DNA of 61,037 nucleotides, the filler included. It is 12 parts of 12 records of this genome, joined end to end, with 100 filler letters (N's around TTAATTAATTAA, not from the genome) between each part and the next. Parts side by side here need not be neighbours in the genome. Positions count along the whole stretch, not along the records: positions 43,724 to 49,792 come from SRR7504441_10136; positions 49,893 to 53,323 come from SRR7504441_10139; positions 53,424 to 56,786 come from SRR7504441_10145; 9 more parts are not named here. One strand, given 5' to 3'. The notes under the pieces were generated by a model that ran no database searches, was not told where the DNA came from, and saw only the letters and a program-made list of their open reading frames with translations. Below, in pieces: positions 44,016 to 54,764 of this stretch; the first letter of the stretch is position 1; every line of letters begins with the position of its first letter. The position numbers were made by a program, and so were the translations under genes.

Positions 44016-45925
44016 TCATAAAATCCCCTTGATCAACTCGTACGTTCCCCAGCACATGGCCGCACTCGGCGCAGCAAACATCATGCGGGGAAGAGTGCCT
44101 CTCCAAAAGCTGCGCGGTCCCTCCTCACGCAACATCGTGCACACTGTGTCGGCAAGTCCAAGGTACTTGGTGCCGGCGTCGGTCGAGCCACAGTATTTGA
44201 GTGTCTGCTGGGTCTGCAGTCTGGTCTTGACACAGTCGAGTGGCTGTGTTACTGCAGATGCAAGGACGCCACTAAGTCCAGCTGAAACAAAGTTCCAGCC
44301 CAGGCTAGTCATCCCCCGATCCACCAAGTTGATCTTGAAGGACTCGTTGGCGGCCACAAGCACAGCATAGAAAGGACATTCCATGAGCAAGGTTGAAGGC
44401 AAGCTTCGCACGAATGCAAATGGACCCTCGGCCTTGACCACGCTCCTGACGCAGCCAAGTACGCTGCTGTAGCATCCGAGCTGCATCCGTTGTTTGATCA
44501 CGTCGACTGGCACAATGATGCTATCATGGACCACTGTAGCCATGGCGCCACACGCTGCAGCCCGAACTGGCTCGTGATGACCCGGTGTAAGCAGCGCACT
44601 CTTTGTGAACTCGTAGGTTGCAAAAAGTCCTGAATTACAGTATGAGCATTTAAGGCTATGGGAGGCGAATACCGATATGAGCCGGGATGCAACCAGCGCC
44701 AATCACCCCGCAGCCTCTAAACATCCCGCTAACACCGTCCTTTTGAATAATGGATGCCACAGTCTCTCTGAAGCTGAGTCGTGCGGAACTGGCACTGACA
44801 GGTGCGGCTTGCATCTGTGTCTTGATTGTGTCTACAGGGTACATAGCAACGTGCTCCATAATTCCAGCGCAACTTCCAGCAATAGCATGCTTCCAAAACT
44901 CGCAGTTTGCCTCTCGTTCCTGCAGCACCAAGGGTAAGGCTTTCCTATCTACTGCTATACAATTAATTGAGCACCTCCCAAGCGAGTTCTTGCCAGCTGC
45001 CCTCTGGTTCTTCCTGCCTCTCGAGAGAGAACTGCTGGAGGGCTTGCTTAACCACCTCGTACGTCCCCCAGCAGATCCCAGCCGATGGCCCGGCCTGCAG
45101 CACACGTGGCAGCGTCCCCCTGAAGAATCCTCTCGCACCCTCCTGCTGCCAGATGTTACGCACAATCGACAAGACACTGGTGGCATCATGCTCGACAGAG
45201 CACTTCTGGTGCTCCCAGATCCCAGCAGTCTGCACCCTAGTCCGAATCGTGTCCAGAGGCAGGGTCACGAGCGCTGCGGCCGAACCCGAAACAGCGCTGC
45301 TTAAGTAGAATGCGGCTGCTGGGGACTCCGGACCGAGCCCGAGCCCGAGTTTGATCGCCTCGTTCACCGCCACCAGCGCTCCAGTGTACGGCCCGTTTAG
45401 CACAAGCGTGATTGGCAGGCTGCGGTAGAGTGCCCCAGGGCCTTCCTGGCGGACTATCTGCCGGAAGCAGTGCAGCGGGCCGTCGTACGCTCCCAGCTGC
45501 AGCCGCTGCTTCACCACATCGGTGGGCGTGAGCAGCACGTCGTGCACCACGCTGCCCGCCACGCCGCACAGCGCGGTGCCCAGCGGGCTGTTCTGGCCTG
45601 GGGCGACCAGATAGTGCCGGCAGACCTCGTAGGTACCGAACAGCCCAATGTGAGCCGGGATCACACCGAGGGCGATCGCGCTGGCTCCACGGTAGAAACC
45701 GGCCTTGCCGTGGCTGCCCTGCACGATGTCGGCCGCCACAGCGGAGAGCCTGGGCTGGCTGCTGGTGGCCTGCATCCGGGTTTTGATGGTGTCCAGCGGG
45801 AACATCGCCAGGTGCTCCGCGAACCCAGCCAAGCTCCCGGCCACTGCGTGACGCGCGAAGGGAACGTCCCCGGCACGCTCCTCCCAGGAGAACAGGTCAG
45901 GCGTCTCCTCCATCCCTGCGCCCAT
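44016..45925 (-). CDS. Mitoferrin (Mrs3/4-like) mitochondrial carrier; two tandem units fused by splicing (about 603 aa)
   Basis: Two sets of three P-x-D-x-x-K/R signatures (PLDTIKT/PTDVVKQ/PLDTIRT and PVDTIKT/PVDVIKQ/PLDCVKT) with mitoferrin EH..M(F/Y)P, PAH and HD motifs. Introns 44920-44974 and 44630-44672. Confidence 0.85.
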
Positions 45926-46027
45926 GAAGACCGCTGTTCAGCGCTCGACGACCCGAGGGCTCCCCACATCCCTCGGATTGGAGTGAACCCCGTTCTAACG
46001 GAAGCCCGGCCGGGCTCACTGGCGAGC

Positions 46028-47818
46028 ATGGCGAGCTCTCTCTTTCTCGGCGTGGCGTTGATGGTGGCGACCGCGGCGGCCGCAGGGCTGCCCGCGTCGG
46101 TGGACGTGCTGGTGTACTCGGCCAACCCGGCTGGGATCGGGGCGTTCATCGGGGCGGCCGAGCAGGGGGCCAGCGCGCTCCTGGTAGAGCCGCTTACAAT
46201 GGTGGGCGGGATGGGCGCGGCGGGCGGTGTCGGGCTGATGAACCAGGGCTGCGGGGACAACCGGAATGGAGACGGAGCCCGAGGCTGTACCGGGCTCAGC
46301 CGGGAGTGGGGGCTGCGGAACGGCCGGCTGCTCGGATTCGAACAGGAGACAGTGGTGCTTTTCCCGGAGCCGGAGGTGATGGCTGCCAGTTGGACCCAGA
46401 TGATCAGCAGTCGCGGACTAGACCGGCAAGTCCGTCTGGGCTGCCGGGTGACCGGAGTGCGCCGCGAAGCGGCCTGCGTCACCGGGGTCAGTGTGCTGTG
46501 TGACGGGGCAGTGGAGCCGGTGTTTGTGGCAGCCAAGGTGGTGGTTGACGCTTCGTACGATGGCGATATCATGGTGGCGGCGGGCGTGGAGCACGTGAGT
46601 GGCAGGGAGGCATCGGCCGAGTTCAACGAATCTCTCGCCGGGTTCATGCCAGCGCCACTCCGGGTATCTCAGGTTAATGCCACATTCGACAACGGCACCA
46701 AACTCAAAGGCGTGAGCACACAGCCGGTGCTCGCCGCGGGCTCGGCAGACGACCGGCTGATGGCCTACCAGTACTTTGCGTGCGTCACGCAGAACAAGTC
46801 GGTTGCACGGGCATTTGAGCCGCCAGATGGCTACGACCCAGCAGACTTCTTGCTGCTCCAGCGAGAGATCGACTGGCTAGTGGCCTCCAAAACCCACCCG
46901 CGCGGGCCTGATCTGCGCTATTTCTCGGAGTATCAGTATTACAGCGCCAACAAGGGCGGGCGGCTGTTGCCTGGCGATAAGGTCTTACTCTGCTGCGGAA
47001 TGGGTTTGAGCAACTGTGATCAGCCGGAGCTGAACGCAGGTTACTCTTCAGCCAACCACTCAGAGCGAGCCCGAATCCAGGCCCGGCACAAGTACTACCT
47101 GCTAGGGAGCCTGTACTACATGGCGCACGATCCTAAGGTGCCGTCTTGGACGAGGGAACAGTTCAGCAGCTGGGGGCTCTGTGCTGACCAGTACGAACAG
47201 TACGACAATTGGCCGCCGCAGATATACAATCGGATCTCGAATCGGATGCGCGGCGAGTATGTGACTACCCAGAATAACATTGCGCAGCCCCGGGTCAAGC
47301 CGGACGGCATCTCCATGATGGCCTGGACATTTGACCAACACTTCATGAGCAGGCTGGCAGTGCAGGACGCGCACAACCCGCAAAGGCTAGTGGCAGCCAA
47401 CGAAGGTTTGCTCCGGCACGAAGTTGTGCCGCCGCACCGGGCCTGCTCGCATCCGGAGGCCAAGTGTGGAGATCAGGCCGAAGGCCAACCTGGCCAGCCC
47501 AGCGACATGTGCCAGCACAATTGGTATGATGTCCCGTTTCGGGTGATGCTACCGAAGCGTACCCAGGTGATGAATCTTTTGGTCCCGGTGGCTCACTCCT
47601 CCAGCTCTCTGGCCTATTCGAGTCTTAGGATTGAAGGAGGGTTTTGCGACATGGGGACCGCCGCTGGTGTGGCGGCTGGCTTGGCGATCAAGCGATTGAG
47701 GAATATGCCCGATGGCGATTCGTGCCTCTCGATCCACAATACAAATGTGACGCAAGTCCAAAGCATTCTAATAGATGACTATAAGCAACGTGTCCATGGA
47801 CCGCCGGACTGGAAGTAA
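46028..47818 (+). CDS. Secreted FAD-dependent oxidoreductase (PF12831-like, xanthan-lyase-associated type)
   Basis: Signal peptide; DVLVY..NPAG, VGGMGAAG, VVDASYDGD, GREASAEFNESLAG, WGLCAD, WPPQIY, YDVPFRVMLP, SSLRIE; intronless. Confidence 0.85.
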   Translation: MASSLFLGVALMVATAAAAGLPASVDVLVYSANPAGIGAFIGAAEQGASALLVEPLTMVGGMGAAGGVGLMNQGCGDNRNGDGARGCTGLSREWGLRNGRLLGFEQETVVLFPEPEVMAASWTQMISSRGLDRQVRLGCRVTGVRREAACVTGVSVLCDGAVEPVFVAAKVVVDASYDGDIMVAAGVEHVSGREASAEFNESLAGFMPAPLRVSQVNATFDNGTKLKGVSTQPVLAAGSADDRLMAYQYFACVTQNKSVARAFEPPDGYDPADFLLLQREIDWLVASKTHPRGPDLRYFSEYQYYSANKGGRLLPGDKVLLCCGMGLSNCDQPELNAGYSSANHSERARIQARHKYYLLGSLYYMAHDPKVPSWTREQFSSWGLCADQYEQYDNWPPQIYNRISNRMRGEYVTTQNNIAQPRVKPDGISMMAWTFDQHFMSRLAVQDAHNPQRLVAANEGLLRHEVVPPHRACSHPEAKCGDQAEGQPGQPSDMCQHNWYDVPFRVMLPKRTQVMNLLVPVAHSSSSLAYSSLRIEGGFCDMGTAAGVAAGLAIKRLRNMPDGDSCLSIHNTNVTQVQSILIDDYKQRVHGPPDWK

Positions 47819-48053
47819 TCAAGAATGTATATACATACCACAATGTGGGAATTTTATTACGTAAACATATGCATTTGTTCAAATTCATGACATCGTGTAA
47901 TCATGTCGTTTTACCATTGTTTGTACGCAATTTTTGTACGTCAGTGTGCCTATAAATTGACACCCGGCGTGCGTAAGGCACACGATTGCAAGGTTGCAAT
48001 TGTCCACACCAAAAGCTTGTTCAAGCTACGTGACAGTGCAGTTCAACAGCATT

Positions 48054-49792
48054 CTATCCTTGGCTGTGCCGACCACCAGAGGCCGCCATCCTACTCATGT
48101 ATTGCTTCTGGTACTCAGCGGCCTTCTTAGCGGTCGCGTCATCAGCGCCCACGTTGAAGTCTTCCAGCTGCTTGAATGCCTCCCGCTTGTCAATCAGCGG
48201 CCGGAGAGCCGGTGGGTACTGGCCGACGCAGTACCACGAGCCGGGCGCATCGCAGACGCGGTTGTTCGGGTCGGCAGCCCACCGCTTGGATGTCATGTCT
48301 ACAGACTTCACCTTGAATATTCGGACCTTGCCGTACTTGGAAATGAACACCTCCTCGAACCTGTTGGAGTCGGCATTCACGCCCGGCCGCTGCCGGTGGC
48401 TGTGCAGCACGTACAGCAGCGAGGCAGCCATCATCGGGGTCGGGTTGCCAGCCTGATCAAACCCAAACATCGAGCAGGTCGGGTCGCCGGGGCAAATGTC
48501 GTTGAACACCGAGTTGCCAATCCGAGCCATGTGCGGTGACTTGGCCAGATCGTCGCCACCACCGCCTGTCCAGATCAGCACGTAGTCCGCCAAGTGCCTC
48601 ACAATCCTGTGAGCGTCCTTGAGCGGCGAGGTGAGCGCCCGGCCGAGCGTGGCGATGTGCTCGTGGTTCCAGGTATTCCCATCGGCGATCGTAGTCCGGT
48701 TGGCGATCCCAGTGATCTGGTATCCGTAATCCCACCAGGACATCACTCGAGCGTCGGCCGGTGTGTTGTCGCGCAGCCACCAGTACGCCTCACGATAGTC
48801 GTCCACCATCACGTAGCTCCCGTCCCGGAGCGGGGCGCGGAACATGATCTGAGGGTTGGACATCTGGTTGGCCATGTCGTGCGACCGCGCGTAGAAGTCA
48901 AGGCTGTAGCTGTAGCTGTGCCACATGATCAGCACAGCGACCACGATCTTCACGCCGCGGCCGGCATGAGCGTCCCAGATCCCGGTCATGGTGTTCTGGA
49001 GCATGCTGGCCATCTCGCCAATTGCAGTCTTGGTGCCAGTTCGAGCCGGCCTGCGTGGCGGCGGGAAGAGGCTGTCGAGGACAAACTGGAGGAAGCGTGC
49101 GATCAGGATCCCGGAGAGCGCGGAGGCCACTGGGCCGGCCAGCAGCACCAGCCGCATCATCTTAGCCGAGAAGAAGTAGGCAGAGAACGCGTAGCAGTAC
49201 AAGAAGTAAATTGCCTCGCTGCGTGGCCCGAGGATTGAGACCGCGAGTCCTACGGGAGCCGTGTAGTAGGCGTAGTGAAGGAAGTTCCAGTAGGCCCGGG
49301 CGTCGGCCGGCTGGTGCTCGGCCACGGAATCGACCAGCGGGTTGCCTGTCCGGGTGTGCTTTACAAACAGGCCACGGACACGCGACGAGAGCGGCCCAAA
49401 GTACCCTGTAGGGAAGAGAACAGCCACTATCACGGCAGCCACCGCGCCGATGGCCAGGAAGTATTTGACCCGGTGCGCGAGCACGGTCTGGAAGTTCCAG
49501 TTGTGCTGCTTGCGTTGGTACTCGACTAGAGCGAGAACCTGGATCGCAAGGAACACAGCCATTGGCATCAGCTGTTCCAAAGACTTGACGGGTGCCCAGC
49601 CGACCACCGGCACGTGTGTGGCGCCGATGGTGCCGATGACGTAGAACAGCGAGTAGGCCTTGTGCAGCGTGGTGTTGAAGTCGGCCCGGAAGGCGTACAT
49701 GGCCGCCAGCACAGCTGCGTGCATCCCGACCAGGTTGATCACGAAGACGTATCCGCCCCACACCGCCGCCATGTAAACATGCGCCAGCCCGG
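48054..49792 (-). CDS. STT3: Oligosaccharyltransferase catalytic subunit STT3, 5' truncated
   Basis: WGGYVF, SVAEHQP, DDYREAYWWLR, MSWWDYGYQITG, DGNTWN, DLAKSPHMARI. Confidence 0.97.
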
Positions 49793-49979
49793 NNNNNNNN
49801 NNNNNNNNNNNNNNNNNNNNNNNNNNNNNNNNNNNNTTAATTAATTAANNNNNNNNNNNNNNNNNNNNNNNNNNNNNNNNNNNNNNNNNNNNATGGAATA
49901 CCCGGCAAAGGCTACTCACTATAAAAAATTAATAGTGCTATGAAGGGCATCACTTGGCAAGATTGCAGCGGCTGGCAGT

Positions 49980-52900
49980 TCAAGGGGGGCAAGGCATTAT
50001 TACGCCAAGTTCAGAAGAGAAGGTCTGAAGTGGCTCGTCTGGAGTCTCAAGAAAAGAAGGAGCAGGCGAGGGCTGGTGAGGAAGCGGCCAAAGCTGCGCC
50101 AAGGCAGAAAGCTGTTGGACAGTGTCCGCGATCCAACCTCCCTGTTGTGCCCAACCTGCTAGCTCTGAACTCGAATACGATTGCAGAATATCGACGTTAA
50201 TTCTGTTCATCATCGGCATGCCCTCTTTGTCAGTGGGATTTGGAGTCAGTGGGTCTTCGATCTCTGGTACCGTATAGCGTGAAAAGTGCTGCACCTGTAA
50301 CTTGACCTCGCCGGTCTCAGGGTCGTAGCACTCAGGGAAACAGATATGAGCAACACCTGTCATCAGACTAGGCAGGACCTCCAAGCTATATGACCAGCCA
50401 ACCCATGCGCCTTGCTGGTTGAATCGCATCCAGGTATTATCCTCCTCCCTAAACCAACAAAGGAGCGAACACGCTTCCCAGTCGTGTGCAAATCCAGTTG
50501 ACGCTGGCGACACCAAGCGGTGGCTATGCCGCGAAAAGTGCGTGACCACATCACGCCTTGGCGGGAGCTCTGTGCAGTGCTTATGTTCAAAGCAGTCGCA
50601 CCAGCCCTTCACGTCTACAGTCTGCCTTTCAAAGATCTTTAGCTTGGCTAAAGCGATTTCCATCTCCGTGTCAGGCAGCAACACTGGTGGTCCGAATACC
50701 CGAGCCAGTTGGTACTGCTTGGCCAGGCACTCGACCTCGCTCGCCAAGTACACTGCCTCTGGCAAGCTGGACGAGTACGTCAGTACACCATCATTGGCAA
50801 TCAAGCAGGCCTGCACCCCAGCGCCAGCCAGCGCCTCGACGATTGAGTCTGACAGCTCCTCGCTGCCAGTTGTAGCATATTTAGCACATGGAATCTGCTT
50901 GCCACCAGCCACTACAACCCTATAGTCGAAAAATGGGATGCCGCTGCGCTGAGCTGAGAGGGCCGTGGCAAATGCGGAGCGAGAGTGCACTACCGCCTTG
51001 GCGTCTGGGAACTTTAGGTAGACATCACGGTGCAGGCGCCATTCACTTGAGGGTATCAGCTTGCCATAGTACCCACTCTCTTGCTGGTCAAGGTCCATGA
51101 ACACAACCTGATGAGGCTGCATTGTGCTGCAGGCCACACCAGCCGGGGTCACCAGAAAGCCCCCTGGGACACGACAAGAAACGCTGCCCCGATGCATACC
51201 TTCGGCAAGCACCTGCTGTGCTGTAGCAGTCACCTCGAGTCTGGCCACAAGGTGGCCCTTCCAGAGTGCAGTTCCATGTGTGTCCACCCAAAGCGCCATA
51301 CGCACAGGGTCTGATTTATCGTGGATTCCCCTCGTGTCAAACTCTTCTGTAGAGTTGTTGCAGGCTGCTGCACTCCATGACAGGCTGGCAGCTGCTGTAG
51401 TGGTTGTAGAGCAAAACAAAATCATGTGGCGAGCAACTGGCAAAGGCTTTGCGCTGTGCCTCGAAAAATGTGTTACTAAACAGGAAGATTGACTCTGCTG
51501 TACAGTCAAAGCTGTCAGATTTGCAGGATCCTTGGTGGCAGGGTGTGGTGCCTGCGTCGAGAGGTCCCTCTCTGCATCTGGTTCATTCAAGTATGCAACA
51601 GCAGGCACGCCTAACAATTGTAGTTTTGAATCCCGGGTGCTCTGAAGCATACTACTTGAAGAGAGGACCTTGCTCCATACTCCAAGTGTAGTGCTTTCTT
51701 GAATGCTATCCCCTGCCCAAACTACTGCATGAGGGCTGATGACACATGCTGGCCCGATTGTGGCATGCCCAAATACCAACCCTAGTTTCTTTTCATATTT
51801 GTGCCCCATCAGAAAACAACCATCAACAACAGCTTCCTTGCCAATGCTGAGCCGTTCTGGCTCATGGATGAAGGGAGTATGAAATAAAGCATCCATAGAA
51901 ATATGAGCTCCGAGCAGATTCTGAAACAATGATACAATGCGTGTTCCTTGGAGCTGCATATTTACCATTAGAGATATCCGAGAAGCATAAACCTGCCGCG
52001 AAAGGTACTCTGAATAAGAAAATGGCCGCTCCTGCTCTGAAATGCTGGAGCGCCAAACAATCCATTTGTAGACAACCCAGACCAGGGCAAATGCGATGTA
52101 GAACACAGCTGCCATAGCGGCCACAAGAATGACTGCTGCGTTTCTGGACACGGGGCCTGTATGAGAAAACATCAAAAGAGTACCATACCCATCGAAATAG
52201 TCTGTAGTTCCGTAAAACAGATAGATACCGAGCTCATAAGCTGGCAACAATGGTGTCATAAAGCAGATCAGCATCAGGATCCGTGAACAGATCTGTACCA
52301 CTGCAATTTCCCAACCCAGCGACTCAGGAGAAGCTGAGAGCTGTGAGTCCTTCAAGACCAACGATCCAAAGACAACAGTGTCATCTTGTAATGAATCCGA
52401 CACCCACGTCAGAGCTCCGATCTGCACGCATGATCCAATGTCGATATCACCTGGTCCCACTATGGTAAACAGACCCAGGGCGCTGAAATTGCCAACTTGA
52501 ATGCAGGAACGTGTCTCGTAGCCAGGTTTGTTCTTAGCGGACGCGACTGTCAAGAACCTGCATACTGAAACCGCCACTTGGTCGCCAATCGAGATCATAT
52601 CAGCTTCAGAGGGCACAATAGTTGAGCTTGCGTCAATAAAGCTGCACTGCTTGCCAACTTGCATACCAAAGATACGAGCGAGGCCCACTACAAATGCTGA
52701 CTCCCCCAACCACCCGACAAACAAGAAAGCTGATAGAGAATAGAGGTAATCCACAAGCCATGCTCGCAAACGACGAATGGTAGTGTCTTCATGCTCCCCT
52801 ACATTAAGCTTTCCCAAGACGATCCATTTGAGCAGTATACATTGTAAACAATTCATAGTTGCACTCAGCCAGTAACCGACTACCCAGCGCAGCAGAGGTC

Positions 52901-53323
52901 CGAAGCGAAACGCCCAGGTCTGAGGGTCAGCCAAGATGGCCAGAACAAGCGCAAATGGCATGAACTGCGTGTAGAGGATGGGTCCAAACAGACACACCTT
53001 GCCCAGCGCTTCCAACTTCCACGCTTCAGATTCGTATTCACTGTTTTCTAGCTGTGATACTTTGTGTGCAGGGTTGCCACAATAACCGCCTCCTGGAACA
53101 GTCTGACTCCCCTCGAGCAAGACTGACAGAGGTTCTAGCACAACCATCTGTTCGAGCTTGCACCCAGGCTGGACTGCACTCTGCTGTCTCACTGAACATC
53201 CTGCCCCAATCTTCACCGGGTACAGGCGCAGCTTCTCAGTCTCAAACATGCGCGTGAGTATTCGGCCCTTGATGCTGGCCCCTGGACCAATAGAAACCAA
53301 GTCAAGCTCGCGTGGAAAGGAGG
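49980..53323 (-). CDS. Pls/PosA-like NRPS terminal (membrane-bound, hexapeptide-repeat) domain fused to a degenerate class II aldolase domain, 5' truncated
   Basis: Three LbH-like soluble units (DLVSIG..VKIG..GNPA; DMISIG..IQVG; ERLSIG..ATIG..GVPA) separated by TM pairs ending KWIV. Then FLVTPAG...PSSEWRLH..VY...AVVH...ACLIAN typical of the FucA/adducin fold. Confidence 0.8.
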
Positions 53324-53458
53324 NNNNNNNNNNNNNNNNNNNNNNNNNNNNNNNNNNNNNNNNNNNNTTAATTAATTAANNNNNNNNNNNNNNNNNNNNN
53401 NNNNNNNNNNNNNNNNNNNNNNNTTATTTGCTGTTTCACTGTACTCCTGAGTAATTAT

Positions 53459-53513
53459 GTCCCCCCCCCCAAGAAATATTCATACGGAATACATAATTTT
53501 TTTTGGGGGGGAC
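53459..53513. repeat. Short inverted repeat with homopolymer arms
   Basis: GT-C10-AAGAAATATT ... AATTTTTTTT-G7-AC. Confidence 0.55.
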
Positions 53514-53637
53514 TTGATCAGTATCGGGTTGCTACTATTGCGCTATTTTGCGTGCCTCGTTAGTGCCTCATCGGCTAGCAAATAGATGAATTACACCAGC
53601 GCTAGCGAGTTCAGCCGGATCTTCTTAAGTGCAGCCC

Positions 53638-54685
53638 TCAGCACACCTGGGCCTCGGTGGCGGCCGCTGGTTGCTCCGATTGCTCCGATTGCCCGGCCTT
53701 GGCGCGCTCAGCAGCTTGACTGAACTCTCGGACTGCCTTCTGCAGCAGCCCCAACTCGGGGGGGCCCTGGAAGAACAGGAAGCCCCGGGCCTTCAACCTG
53801 CGCCCGATCCGCTCACAGGGCCACCGCACGCGGCCGCACTGGGCGATCTGGTCTGCGGATCCGGCCGGGCAGCCGACTGGCACATTGTGCTTTGCTCCGG
53901 CCTCGAGCACTTTATTGATCGCCTCTTGGACCTTCGGAGTGCCCACCTGCGCCGCCAGTGACTGGCATAGTGTGGCAGCGGCTCACGTTCCGCTTGCTGC
54001 CGGTCAGACTGAAGGAGAGGTCGCTAGTCCCAATAAAGATCAAATCGATCCCTGGCACAGCGGCGATCTGATCGACAATCTCCACCGCCGAGCCCTGCCC
54101 GCGCTAAGAGGCTGTGGCCACGGGAGTCACCTCCTCGATGATAACGGCGCAGAGCATGTTTTCGTTGGCCCACTCGTAATAGTTGGACTCGTCCAGCCCC
54201 CAGGCCAGCTGGGCCAGCGACGGCCCGCACCCCCGGGCCCCAGCCGGAGGGTAACGGCAGGCGCTGGCCGCTCGCTCGGCCCGCTCCAGCGTGGAGCAGA
54301 ACGGGAAGATCACCTGGCCGGCCGTCCGCGTGCGGGGACGGCCAGGGGTCACTCCGAGGGCCCCGATGTCCATCACGCGCTTGGCCATCCATAGCTCTTG
54401 CCAGGGCACCCGGACCAGCGGGACGGCCCGCATCCCGCGAGTGGCCAGGATGATGTCCCGGGTCTGGGCTAGCGTGATCGGGCTGTGCTCGCCCTCGATC
54501 CAGAGCGCGTCGAACCCGCTGGCCATCACCACCGCCGATTCGAGGGAGGCCGTGTTAAGAGTCCCGGCCACCACCACCTGCCCGGCACGGAGCGCCCGCT
54601 TCACTGGGTTCTCGGCGTGCACCGGCCGGCTCGGGTCCAGCTCGGGTCCGGCTCGGGGCCGCTTGGCGGCGGGCTCGGCGGACAT
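53638..54685 (-). CDS. HpcH/HpaI-family aldolase, 5 exons
   Basis: WIEGEHSP, PLVRVP, MDIGALGVIFP, RYPPAGARG, VIIEE, DLIFIGTSDLS. Introns 54314-54352, 54095-54130, 53947-53986, 53798-53839. Confidence 0.92.
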
Positions 54686-54764
54686 GCGTCTCTGTCTTTG
54701 TGGTGTTGGGGGCCTCTCTGGTTTGCCGTTAGTAACGGACCAGGATTTTCATCCATTCAGAATA

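Noticed and set aside
45470-46027. N-terminal extension of the 782-aa ORF
   Set aside because: It is antisense to mitoferrin; the real start is ATG 46028 with a signal peptide. The same applies to the extensions of ORFs 15403-17019 and 2290-4242.
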